Part shown: piece after piece, positions 1-10,200 of the stretch
How the letters are laid out: each line of letters begins with the position of its first letter
Position numbering within the stretch: the stretch's first letter is position 1
Source: Sedimentisphaerales bacterium
Lineage (GTDB): Bacteria > Planctomycetota > Phycisphaerae > Sedimentisphaerales > SM23-30
DNA length: 64,000 bases
Assembly (NCBI GenBank): GCA_963666285.1
Contig: OY762711.1
Strand: one strand, 5' to 3'
The notes under the pieces: model-generated
Seen by the model: only the letters and a program-made list of their open reading frames with translations
Databases searched by the model: none
What the model was told of the DNA's origin: nothing
Position numbers and translations under genes: made by a program

Positions 1-731
1 CCTAATACCTCTCGGTAACCGTCCTGATCGACTGCTATTGCGACCAGGACTGAAACATTGCGAACCTCTCCAGCCCAGCTTCTTTTTAGAACTATCCCAT
101 CCAGGTAAACATAAGGGTAATTGCCTTTAAGCTCTCGATTACGCCATTGTTCTATCTGACTGTAAACCTTCTTGTTGAGATTGCTGATTGTGCCGGGACT
201 TACCTTTGTTCCCCATAACGTCTGAGTGATATCTTCAACCCTGCGAACAGAAACGCCTGCAAGATACATTTCTATTAGAGATTCCTCTACGGATGATTCA
301 CGACGCTTATAACGCTCAATTATGGCTGTCTCGAATGTGGTCTTACGCAACTTGGGCATCTTCAAATTGACTTCACCGGCTTGAGTTTGCAACTTACGAT
401 CATAGAAACCTGCTCTGGTATCTTTACGAGCTTCGCTACGCTCATATCGTGCAGCATTACAAAGCTGGTCAGCCTCGGCATCAAGCATGGTATTCAACGT
501 ATCCTCAACGGTGGTACGTACTAGATCTCCAAGCTCATGCTTTACCCGTGCCTCATCAATTTTTATGACATTATTCAAGTTCTTGTCATTTCCGGTCGAT
601 TGCTCTAACTGTTTCATTTGAAGTCCTTTCTTCTGGTTAATAATAATTTGTTCGTTACATTACTATCGACCGGATGAAGGACTTCTTTTATCACGTCCAA
701 TAAAATTGTGCGAAAAATATTATACGTTATC
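1..731 (-). mobile_element. IS256-family element, copy 1 (runs off the window start); transposase 5' part at 1..617 (-)
   Basis: Reverse complement of 5463..6193, apparently identical by eye; left IR ends at 731; ATG (cat) at 615-617. Confidence 0.95.
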
Positions 732-890
732 GCTTTTTAACCACACGAATGAAAATAAACTATTCTGATTGGTTCATTATTTTGGAAGTCAGCTTGCAAT
801 GAAGGGCGAAAGTGTGTATAAAGGGTAACTCACCTGAAATATGCCGAAGGCATTATACCACCCTAATGCCAGAGAGCTTATTTGAGAGCG

Positions 891-916
891 TTGATTTTGG
901 CAACAACCAAAATCAA
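891..916. terminator. Hairpin downstream of the methyltransferase, possible terminator
   Basis: ttgattttgg-caacaa-ccaaaatcaa perfect 10-bp stem about 30 bp past the MTase stop. Confidence 0.5.
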
Positions 917-947
917 TGGTCTAAAATCGGATGAGTAATGCTGACAC

Positions 948-2441
948 TTATATATCACATACATAAATGTCACAAAAGTATTTATCTAACTCAGCTTCCA
1001 ACGCCAATGAAGGTTTGTTTTTTTTATGTAGGCTATATATTTCCTTTGATAGTGTAGTAACATAATCAAGCTGATGTGCCTTAGGTTGAACTATCGGTAT
1101 CTTTTTAATATAATTTGCTGAATTATTCGCACTGGGATTAATAGTTCTAATTAAACTGTTACATATCTCAGAATTAAAAAACGCAAGAAGATAAAATAAA
1201 TACTCTTCGTCATGAGGGAATATACCAACTATTGACTGATCAAAAAGCCTATTTTCAATTAATGCTCCAGTTATCTTTGATGAAGATACCATCGGAACAC
1301 CAACTCCATCCTTGAAATAATACTGTGAATTTTGAAATCTAGCTTTCTTGTCTTTTTTGTAAAACTCAACCGTTTCTTTCTGCCAATTCATAAACCAATT
1401 GGTTGGCTTATAATAACTATGGTTACCACCTTTCATGATTGGTACAAGATAGCCATCGCCTTCTACGCCAGCAAGAGGGACATCACTAGACATAAAAATA
1501 TTATTCTCATTTGCTAGTTCATATTTTTTTGCACCTCTTATATCCTTACTGATAACCTTCAAAAACATCTTATCATTACCTGAGTAAAAACCAGTAACGC
1601 AATCAGCAATATCAGCAATTTTTCTTTCTGACTTATTTATCATCAAAGTTAACTGGTCATCTTTAGAAATAAATAAAGCATGGTCAATATTATCTTTCAT
1701 ATCTTTTTGCAATATTTTCACATCAGCAATATTTTCACAATTCAATTGGTCTACAGTAGAGAAATTATTGTAAATAGAGATAATATTATTATCTCTTATA
1801 TACTTATCTGCGCACTTAACTAATTTGACAATACAAAGATTAGAGTATCCAAAATTTACATTTGGGAAAAAACTTGAAGGAAACAATGATATATTTACAA
1901 TTTTTGTGTTATCAAGTATGAACTTTCTTAATTTTGTATGCATATGCAAATTTAAAAATGTATCTGGAATAATAAATACTAAAACACCTTCATCTTTCAA
2001 TAGCTGAATTGCACGTTTCAAAAATAATGCATAGGTCTCTTTTACATAATAACCAGGATAATACTCTTTAAGTAAGTTACGCTTTTCATAATCCTGCCAT
2101 GCGCCATAAGGAGGATTAGCAATGATTCGATCATATAAACTTAAACTTGAAGAAAATAAATCACTATGTGTTTCAGTCAACGTATCTTTTTTCTCAACAT
2201 TAACAAAAGAATTCTCCCTAAACTTTTCATTTAATATCTGAATTGAGTCTGGATTAATATCAAAAGCATCTATGGTAATATCTTTATAATTCAATAAGGG
2301 ATCAATAAAAACCCCATCGCCTGCAGCTGGTTCTAGATAGTCCAAACCATCTTGCGGTTCTAATAAGTCAATCATATAATTTACTATGTAACTTGAATGA
2401 GTATAATAAGATTGAAATTTTTTATCAACACATACTACCAT
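948..2441 (-). CDS. Type II DNA amino-methyltransferase (probably N6-adenine, gamma class)
   Basis: Motif X YYT, motif I LEPAAGDGVF, motif IV IIANPPY, C-terminal TRD-like region; overlaps the upstream nuclease-like gene. Confidence 0.92.
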   Translation of the reverse strand: MVVCVDKKFQSYYTHSSYIVNYMIDLLEPQDGLDYLEPAAGDGVFIDPLLNYKDITIDAFDINPDSIQILNEKFRENSFVNVEKKDTLTETHSDLFSSSLSLYDRIIANPPYGAWQDYEKRNLLKEYYPGYYVKETYALFLKRAIQLLKDEGVLVFIIPDTFLNLHMHTKLRKFILDNTKIVNISLFPSSFFPNVNFGYSNLCIVKLVKCADKYIRDNNIISIYNNFSTVDQLNCENIADVKILQKDMKDNIDHALFISKDDQLTLMINKSERKIADIADCVTGFYSGNDKMFLKVISKDIRGAKKYELANENNIFMSSDVPLAGVEGDGYLVPIMKGGNHSYYKPTNWFMNWQKETVEFYKKDKKARFQNSQYYFKDGVGVPMVSSSKITGALIENRLFDQSIVGIFPHDEEYLFYLLAFFNSEICNSLIRTINPSANNSANYIKKIPIVQPKAHQLDYVTTLSKEIYSLHKKNKPSLALEAELDKYFCDIYVCDI

Positions 2442-3361
2442 ATCAAATACTTCTCCATGTCATTTCTTCTTAGATAATCATAAAAGTCAACAGACAAATC
2501 ATCTGCCCAACATATATTCTTTTCTATCCAATCATGAATATCAAAACCAGTATAATCTTTAATCTTATTATACGAATCTATCCCACAATAAGCCTCCCAA
2601 ATTCTTGAGTCTTTAAGAGTTTGGAAATAATGATTATTAAGATCTTCTTCAGACCTAACTAATAAAACACATTTGTAATTTGACTCTAAGTTCTCATATA
2701 TTGAAGCAACTAAAAGAAGCCTATTTGTGTTCCCTTTCTCATTCGACCCAAAACCACTTTTGAAATCTACATTATATCTAAAGCTCGCATCTTGAAAATG
2801 ACAATCCAGTTCTAATTTAATTTCACCTGATGTAACTAAAGACCATACTTTTCCATAATATCTAAGCAACTCTGCTTTTTGCTCCTCGGTTAAGTTAAGT
2901 GATTGAATATAATCACTAATTTCATCTGCCATAGCCTTTTTTACATCAGCAAATAAAGGAGGGATATATAAAGAAATATCGCTAAGTGGATATTCAAAAC
3001 ATAACTTACAGAATGGTTCCCACAATTCCCCGATCCTACGAGAAAATGTCATATACTCATATGGCCATACTGCATTTCTAAATTCTAACATAGTGACATA
3101 TGATGTATATGTAGCTATTAGCATACTCTTTAATATATCATGATTATCCCATGACTCTTTTCTTGCTTTTTGAAAAAGCGTACTTATAAGTTGATTTTTT
3201 GTCTCAATCACTGTCTTATTTATGGCAGTAGCTCGTTTTCTGTATTGAGATTCACCATAAATTTCTTTTATATTCTGTAAAGATTCTGTTGTTCTATCTC
3301 GAAAATATTCTAATAAATCATTCTTATTACCACACAAAGCTTTATTAATTTCTATTTCCAT
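2435..3361 (-). CDS. Putative type II restriction endonuclease (PD-(D/E)XK)
   Basis: 308 aa, translationally coupled to the MTase, AT-rich, RRIGELWE helix and ELD...VDFK candidate catalytic motif; RBS AAGGAG. Confidence 0.72.
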   Translation of the reverse strand: MEIEINKALCGNKNDLLEYFRDRTTESLQNIKEIYGESQYRKRATAINKTVIETKNQLISTLFQKARKESWDNHDILKSMLIATYTSYVTMLEFRNAVWPYEYMTFSRRIGELWEPFCKLCFEYPLSDISLYIPPLFADVKKAMADEISDYIQSLNLTEEQKAELLRYYGKVWSLVTSGEIKLELDCHFQDASFRYNVDFKSGFGSNEKGNTNRLLLVASIYENLESNYKCVLLVRSEEDLNNHYFQTLKDSRIWEAYCGIDSYNKIKDYTGFDIHDWIEKNICWADDLSVDFYDYLRRNDMEKYLIW

Positions 3362-3539
3362 GATTACTCCTTAAAGTCATTATATATAATAACTTCTAGA
3401 TATTATATTAAATATTAACTATTGTCAACCACCAACTTATTCAACACCAAAGTCATAAAAACAACTCCCCCTGAGACTTACGAGAAAACCGAGGGAGTTA
3501 ATTTGGATGAAGCATAAATTTTTATTGTTTGGGTTGCCA

Positions 3540-3898
3540 ATCAATTTACATTTCTGGAAAAGGATGCTTCAAAACACTCAGCTTCTTCTTTGAAAAACAT
3601 ATTATTTTTCAGTCCCAAAAGGACTGGTTGAAAGTACGTCAAAAACATCAAAATAACAATTCAGACACATTACTGAAAAAACACCAAAAACATGTAAATC
3701 TAGTGTGGAAATTCGGGCATATAGTTAACCAAAACGTGCAGGGCGACCTAGCGAGTCGATTTTGAAAATTGATGAAAATCGGTCAATAATTAGCGTTTTT
3801 TTAGCTGATTTTCGTAAATGAAATTGCTGTTTCCTCTCATTCTACGTAGCGGAAACCTGGATTTCGCACTTTTCAGGATTAGCAATTCACGTTTCGTA
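3540..3898 (+). repeat. Diverged direct repeat, copy 1 (extra ~130 bp at 3721-3852)
   Basis: Aligns with 11756..11987, e.g. cttcttctttgaaaaacatattatttttcagtcccaaaa and tttcgcacttttcaggattagcaattcacgtttcgta. Confidence 0.9.
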
Positions 3899-4253
3899 CC
3901 CCCCCACCCCTAAAAGTCGCTAGGTGGGGTCTTCTTTCTTCGCATTAAATGCCTCACACAGATAGGATCAATCCTAGCATCAACAATATATGTTGTAGAA
4001 GCTTTCACATCATTTGTAATATTATCTAACCTTATTCCAGAACCATAATCAAACTGCAACCCAAAAGACACTTTTAAAAAAATAAAAAAGAAATAAAGTG
4101 AAAATTAATTATTTTTCTTAGTTTCATTGAAAATCTCCTTGCTATGTACACTAAATATACATTATTTCAACCGTTAAACATGTAAAATTGTATTGCTTCA
4201 GTTGGAATTGGACATTTCCTGAATTATTGTTAGTATAGTCTAGCAGAAAGGAA

Positions 4254-4577
4254 ATGTACATGGCAAAGCGTAAGAATTATTCAGCAGAAGAGAAGGTAAA
4301 GTTACTCAAAGAGCATTTGGTTGATAACGTTCCGGTGTCAGAGATATGCGAGCGAATCGGTCTAAATCCTAATGTATTTTACAATTGGCAGAAGCAGTTT
4401 TTTGAAAATGGAGCTGCGGCATTTACAAAACAGGCCAAGAGCCGAAAAGTTCCTTATGATAAACGATTAGAGCGTCAAAATGCACAACTTCAGGCAAAGA
4501 TAACTCAAAAGGATGAAGTAATTGCCGAGATTATGGAGTCACATATCAAGCTAAAAAAAAGTCTTGGCGAGGACTAA
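4254..4577 (+). CDS. IS3-family OrfA (HTH); A8G slippery run at 4553-4561 for -1 frameshift into OrfB
   Basis: RKNYSAEEKVKLL...VSEICERIGLNPNVFYNW HTH; the -1 frame is open from the A run into orfB (KKSWRGLNGSWAEPDVRDQVVDYV...MIKWLG). Confidence 0.92.
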   Translation: MYMAKRKNYSAEEKVKLLKEHLVDNVPVSEICERIGLNPNVFYNWQKQFFENGAAAFTKQAKSRKVPYDKRLERQNAQLQAKITQKDEVIAEIMESHIKLKKSLGED

Positions 4578-4666
4578 ATGGTTCCTGGGCTGAACCTGAT
4601 GTTCGTGATCAGGTAGTTGACTATGTAGGCTACTGGACCAACCGAACTGAAATTGTTGCCAAGGTC

Positions 4667-5467
4667 ATGATAAAGTGGCTGGGCATATCCCGCAGTAAAT
4701 ATTATAACTGGAAGAAGCGATACGGCATGGAAAACGAGCATAATGGTCTGATACCGAGAGATTTCTGGCTGACCGAAGCCGAGAGACAGACGATAATAGA
4801 TTATTTCCGCCGATATTCGAAAGAAGGTTATCGCAGATTGTGTTATATGATGATGGATGCCGATATTGTAGCAGTAAGTCCTTCCAGCGTATATCGGGTA
4901 TTGAAAGATGCCGGGTATATGGACAGGTGGAACCGTAAAGCCAGCAAGAAAGGCACCGGTTTTGTTCAGCCGATACAGGCTCATGACCATTGGCATATAG
5001 ACATATCTTACCTCAATATTTGCGGCACGTTTTACTACATGTGCAGTATTCTGGACGGCTACAGCCGTTATATTGTTCACTGGGAGATCCGTGAAGCAAT
5101 GAAAGAATACGATGTAGAGATAATTTTGCAGAAAGCCAGGGAGAAGTTCCCGGATGAAAACCCTAGGATTATCTCTGACAATGGACCGCAGTTTATATCG
5201 AAAGACTTCAAGGAATATATCAGGCTCAGCGGCATGACACATGTAAGAACCTCGCCGTATTATCCACAGAGTAATGGTAAGTTGGAAAGGTATCATAAAA
5301 CTATCAAAAGTACCTGTATTAGACCAAAAACGCCGTTATCTCTGGAAGATGGTCGGCGTCTGGTAACAGACTTTGTTGACCATTATAATAATAAACGGTT
5401 GCATAGTGCGATAGGTTATATTACTCCGATTGATAAGCTTGAGGGTAGAGCCGAGGCGATCCGATAA
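4667..5467 (+). pseudogene. IS3-family OrfB DDE transposase, last 22 aa displaced to 6917..6985 by the IS256 insertion
   Basis: WHIDISY, ILDGYSR, ISDNGPQF, SNGKLERYH rve motifs; removing IS256 gives GRAEAI-HAERDRKLEAARAARKQKRKSA*. Confidence 0.9.
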
Positions 5468-6909
5468 CGTATAATATTTTTCGCACAATTTTATTGGACG
5501 TGATAAAAGAAGTCCTTCATCCGGTCGATAGTAATGTAACGAACAAATTATTATTAACCAGAAGAAAGGACTTCAAATGAAACAGTTAGAGCAATCGACC
5601 GGAAATGACAAGAACTTGAATAATGTCATAAAAATTGATGAGGCACGGGTAAAGCATGAGCTTGGAGATCTAGTACGTACCACCGTTGAGGATACGTTGA
5701 ATACCATGCTTGATGCCGAGGCTGACCAGCTTTGTAATGCTGCACGATATGAGCGTAGCGAAGCTCGTAAAGATACCAGAGCAGGTTTCTATGATCGTAA
5801 GTTGCAAACTCAAGCCGGTGAAGTCAATTTGAAGATGCCCAAGTTGCGTAAGACCACATTCGAGACAGCCATAATTGAGCGTTATAAGCGTCGTGAATCA
5901 TCCGTAGAGGAATCTCTAATAGAAATGTATCTTGCAGGCGTTTCTGTTCGCAGGGTTGAAGATATCACTCAGACGTTATGGGGAACAAAGGTAAGTCCCG
6001 GCACAATCAGCAATCTCAACAAGAAGGTTTACAGTCAGATAGAACAATGGCGTAATCGAGAGCTTAAAGGCAATTACCCTTATGTTTACCTGGATGGGAT
6101 AGTTCTAAAAAGAAGCTGGGCTGGAGAGGTTCGCAATGTTTCAGTCCTGGTCGCAATAGCAGTCGATCAGGACGGTTACCGAGAGGTATTAGGCAGCTGG
6201 GAAGGTCCCAAAGAAGACAAGGAAGGATGGGGGCAATTTCTCAGGCATTTGAAATCCAGAGGGCTTAAAGATGTAAGGTTGTTTGTTACAGATAAGTGCA
6301 TGGGGCTGGTAGAGTCTCTTGAGCAATACTACCCAGACTCGCTATGGCAAAGATGTACAGTACATTGGTATCGTAATGTTTTTAGCAAAGTTCCACGTCA
6401 GAAGGTTCGTGAGGTAGCGGCTATGCTTAAAGCTATCCATGCTCAGGAAGACAAGAAAGCAGCAGAGGAAAAAGCCAGGCAGGTAATTGAAAAACTTCTC
6501 TCTATGAAATTGAAAGAAGCTGCCAAAGTTGTAGAAGAAGGTTACATGGAGACTATGAGCTATTATAACTTCCCTGATGAGCATTGGAGCAGACTGAGAA
6601 CCAATAATGGTCTGGAACGTATAATGAAAGAGATTCGGCGACGTACCCGAGTTGTTGGTAGTTTTCCAGACGGTCATAGTGCTTTGATGTTAGCCACTGC
6701 CCGGCTAAGACATATAGCAGGAACAAAATGGAGTACTAAAAGATATCTGAATATGGAGCATTTATACGATCTTGAGAAGGAGCAAAAAATGAATAAAAAA
6801 ACTGGCTAGCGACCGATAACTCGCCGCCCCCCTAGGGGGGCATCCAGAACCGGGAAAAGACCGGATGAAGGATACTCTAATAAATGTGCGAAAGATTCTT
6901 GACACTACC
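5463..6909 (+). mobile_element. IS256-family element, copy 2 (complete, 1447 bp)
   Basis: IRL gataacgtataatatttttcgcaca; IRR (rc) ggtagtgtcaagaatctttcgcaca; 8-bp TSD GGCGATCC at 5455-5462 and 6910-6917. Confidence 0.96.
5577..6809 (+). CDS. IS256-family (mutator-type) transposase
   Basis: YPYVYLDG, FVTD, WQRCTVHWYRN, RTNNGLERIMKEIRRRTRVVGSFP motifs. Confidence 0.96.
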   Translation: MKQLEQSTGNDKNLNNVIKIDEARVKHELGDLVRTTVEDTLNTMLDAEADQLCNAARYERSEARKDTRAGFYDRKLQTQAGEVNLKMPKLRKTTFETAIIERYKRRESSVEESLIEMYLAGVSVRRVEDITQTLWGTKVSPGTISNLNKKVYSQIEQWRNRELKGNYPYVYLDGIVLKRSWAGEVRNVSVLVAIAVDQDGYREVLGSWEGPKEDKEGWGQFLRHLKSRGLKDVRLFVTDKCMGLVESLEQYYPDSLWQRCTVHWYRNVFSKVPRQKVREVAAMLKAIHAQEDKKAAEEKARQVIEKLLSMKLKEAAKVVEEGYMETMSYYNFPDEHWSRLRTNNGLERIMKEIRRRTRVVGSFPDGHSALMLATARLRHIAGTKWSTKRYLNMEHLYDLEKEQKMNKKTG

Positions 6910-6981
6910 GGCGATCCATGCCGAACGTGACAGGAAGCTGGAAGCAGCCAGAGCAGCCCGAAAACAGAAACGGAAATCAGC

Positions 6982-7010
6982 TTGACAGTTTGAATGATGT
7001 AATTGATAAT
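6982..7010 (+). promoter_or_regulatory. Near-consensus sigma70 promoter inside the IS3 3' tail
   Basis: TTGACA (6982-6987), 17 bp, GATAAT (7005-7010); the -35 overlaps the native orfB stop. Confidence 0.65.
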
Positions 7011-7016
7011 GCATTT

Positions 7017-7123
7017 GTCCGGCGAAACGGAAGCAGGCTCTGCAGAGGTGCAACCTGCCAGGGATAGCCGGAACTGAGCGACGAATTGTCGTTATGGTGG
7101 TGGTTGCACGCTGCCACCATTTT
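7017..7123 (+). ncRNA. Candidate IS-encoded structured small RNA
   Basis: Starts at the expected TSS; stems tccggc/gccgga, gcagg/cctgc, gcgac/gtcgt; ends in a 10-bp hairpin plus T4; no long ORF. Confidence 0.45.
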
Positions 7124-7277
7124 CAAAGATCATTCAGAGCTTTGTAATGCCTTAAAAAACCTGTAAAATAAAGCCTTGCCGAAGGCAAAACATGTTGTTA
7201 AAATCAAGACGTAAAGTCTATTAAATTGGAAACGGATTTGTCCAGTTCACGCTGAACCAGTACAAAATAGTTTAATA

Positions 7278-10200
7278 TTATTCAAGCCAGCTATCTACAA
7301 ATATCAGGAAATCTTCCATATCGGTCGAACCTGAAACATTGAAGTCTGTCTGGCCACAGTAATATATACTTGCACAATCAGAACATAGCCACATGGAAGC
7401 TATTGCCCCTAAGTCCAAGATATTAATATTGCTATCCCCATTAATATCTGGTGAGAATGAATCAGGTTCCCAAATAAATCTCGGATAGTAATTTTCGGTA
7501 AGCTTCCACCCCTCGCCATCACCATCAGTATCGCCAATATCCCAACCGGCAAAGGTAGAAGCATCCATCATTTCGGCTGTGTTCTTGCCAACTGCGCCAT
7601 AGTTATCATCTCCAGATAATCCTATACCTGAAACCTCAACATCCCAGAAACAATCAGAAATATTTGCTTCAGTTGTTTCCAATACACCAATATCACCTAC
7701 TATACTAATTGAGCTTGTACCAGCACTGCTGGAAACATAGTTATAACCAACCAAACCACCTACATGAATATACTCTGGAGCCCCGGTTTTAGTAGCTGTT
7801 ACCCGGCAACCAGAAAAACAGCCTAAGATTCGACTATCTCTATTATAACCTACCAAGCCACCAATATAATCATAACCTTTTATATAACCCAAAGCATAAC
7901 AACAAATAATGCTACCGTCATAATTTCTTCCTACTAGGCCACCTATTTTTTCATCTCCTGTCACAGAGCCAGTGGAGAAACTATTACTGATAGCTCCACT
8001 GTTTACCCCAACTAGGCCGCCAGAATCATCGCCGATAGCTGTTACTGAACCTATGGCATAACAGCTACTGACAATACTATCATGATCATTATATCCTACT
8101 AAGCCGCCTAAACAACTTTCTCCAGTAACTGAGCCAGTAGCATAACAAAGATTAACACTACCAATATTTTGACCTACTAGGCCGCCAGTGTACCACCCCT
8201 CACCAGTTATACTACCAGAGGCATGACAGTTGCTTATTTCTCCATTATTACATCCCACCAAGCCGCCGACATGACCACCAGTCCCTGTAACTGAGCCGGT
8301 GGCATAACAAAGATTAACACTACCAATATTTTGACCTACTAGGCCGCCAGTGTACCACCCCTCACCAGTTATACTACCAGAGGCATGACAGTTGCTTATT
8401 TCTCCATTATTACATCCCACCAAGCCGCCGACATGACCACCAGTCCCTGTAACTGAGCCGGTGGCATAACAGTTACTAATACTAGCAACAATAAGATCAT
8501 ATACACTGACGTTTCCTACCAGACCACCTGCGACACCTCCACCTCCGGTTACTTGGCCGGTAGCATAACTGTCAGTAATGCTTACAACATTGTTGGCACC
8601 ACAACTACAATCTCCAGCCAAGCCACCTGCGCTATATCCGGTTACTTGGCCGGTAGCATAACAATTACTAATACTAAAAACACTGCTGCTTTCATTTATA
8701 AAACAACCTCCAACCAGACCGCCAGTATAAGATCCGGTTACTTGGCCAGTAGCATAACAGCTACCAATACTAATAACACCACTTTCATTATATATACGAC
8801 AATATCCAACAAGACCACCTGCGACACCTCCGGTTACTTGGCCGGTAGCATAACAATTACTAATAATAACACTGCTGTTGTATCTTGTATAACAATATCC
8901 AACTAAGCCACCTGTATCATTATCTCCTGAAATCAATTCCGTGGCATAGCAGTTACTAATGCTTACAGCACTTCTGTCACTATTTGTACAACAATATCCA
9001 ACCAGGCCACCTGTACCATTATCTCCTGAAATCAATCCGGTGGCATAGCAGTTACTAATGCTTACAGTATTACTGTCACCTTTTGCACAACAATATCCAA
9101 CCAAGCCGCCTGCATAACAGCCAGAGCATGTAATATCAATATTTTCTAATCCCAGATTTCTAATAATGGCGGTTTTCTCTATATAGCCAAATAAACCACA
9201 ATAATCCTGACCATCAATTTTTAGGTTGCTTATCTTATGGAAATTCCCATCAAATAAGCCAGAAAACTCTACACCATAAAAATAACTGCCATCTTTCGTA
9301 TTTGGCGATATAACAGCCGAATCAAAAATATAGCCATCCATATCAATATCTTGCATAAGAATAAAATGACTATTATAGAGTTCAGGTAAATTGTGCAATG
9401 CACAAAGCTGCTGCGATGTTGATATCTGGAATGGGTCTTCTGCTGTCCCATCGTTGTTACTTGCATATCCGCTTATCTCAAAATAATAAGCAAGGTTATT
9501 CGGATCATTACTTGCTATGATTACCCGGTCCTGATAAAATCCAAAATCGTCAGTACCTATATCCAGAGTAACATCAAAGGTTGTATAGCCACCAGGAGCA
9601 ACGACACTATCTGGCAAATAGGAAATACTAAACTCAGAATCAGAGGCAAGCTGAACTGAAACCTCTAATGGAATATTACCATCATTTTTAATTACAAATT
9701 CTTTTGTAATTATACCATTGAATGTTGAGAAATCAGTATTATCATATACTGATGGAGTATCATCTTTATTTGCAATAACCTGATCATTACCCAATACACT
9801 TATTTTTGCTTTTGCATCAACATAAAAATCTATATTATACAAATTTGCAGTATTATAACCGGAACTCATCCCTAGAGATATTGCCTGATCCTGGGCCTCA
9901 ATCGAACCTTGATCTTCAATATAAACATAATAATTTCTATTTCCTGGTACTTGGGAAAATGAATATATACCGTTATTGTCCGATGTCACAGTGTCAATAA
10001 CTTCAAATTGATCTGTTCCAATAATTTTATTACCAATATTTATAGTGACACCTCCTGCAGGAGTACCTTCCAAATCATAAATTCTGCCACTAACTATTTC
10101 CCCTGTTCCTATGTGGTAGATATTATAAACACATTTATGCACAATATTACTTGCATACAAGTCTGTATATATATTTGGAAGATTATACCATAGGTTATAT

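Larger units (their letters stand above)
4189..7264 (+). mobile_element. IS3-family element (about 1.62 kb without the nested IS256)
   Basis: IRL tgtattgcttcagttggaattggacatttcc; IRR (rc) tgtactggttcagcgtgaactggacaaatcc; 4-bp TSD AAAT at 4185-4188 and 7265-7268; orfA/orfB layout. Confidence 0.92.

Noticed and set aside
3529..3765. Small ORFs 3529..3765 and 11684..11869
   Set aside because: They read the same repeat in different frames, so coding is not conserved.
4574..5296. Antisense and overlapping ORFs of the track (e.g. 4574..5296, 14808..15317, 22025..22585, 47824..48246)
   Set aside because: Shadow frames of well-supported genes with no recognisable motifs.
1..6909. IS256 composite transposon that delivered the R-M system
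   Set aside because: Copy 2 has its own matching 8-bp TSD on both sides inside IS3 orfB, so it inserted independently; only future mobilisation remains possible.
7014..7040. SRP (4.5S) RNA because of gtcc...ggaagcag
   Set aside because: Lacks the 5' CAGG side of helix 8 and the long SRP hairpin, and lies within an IS.
7021..7092. Hammerhead ribozyme (gaaac ... ctgagcga)
   Set aside because: The core is not CUGANGA and the stems do not fit the hammerhead topology.
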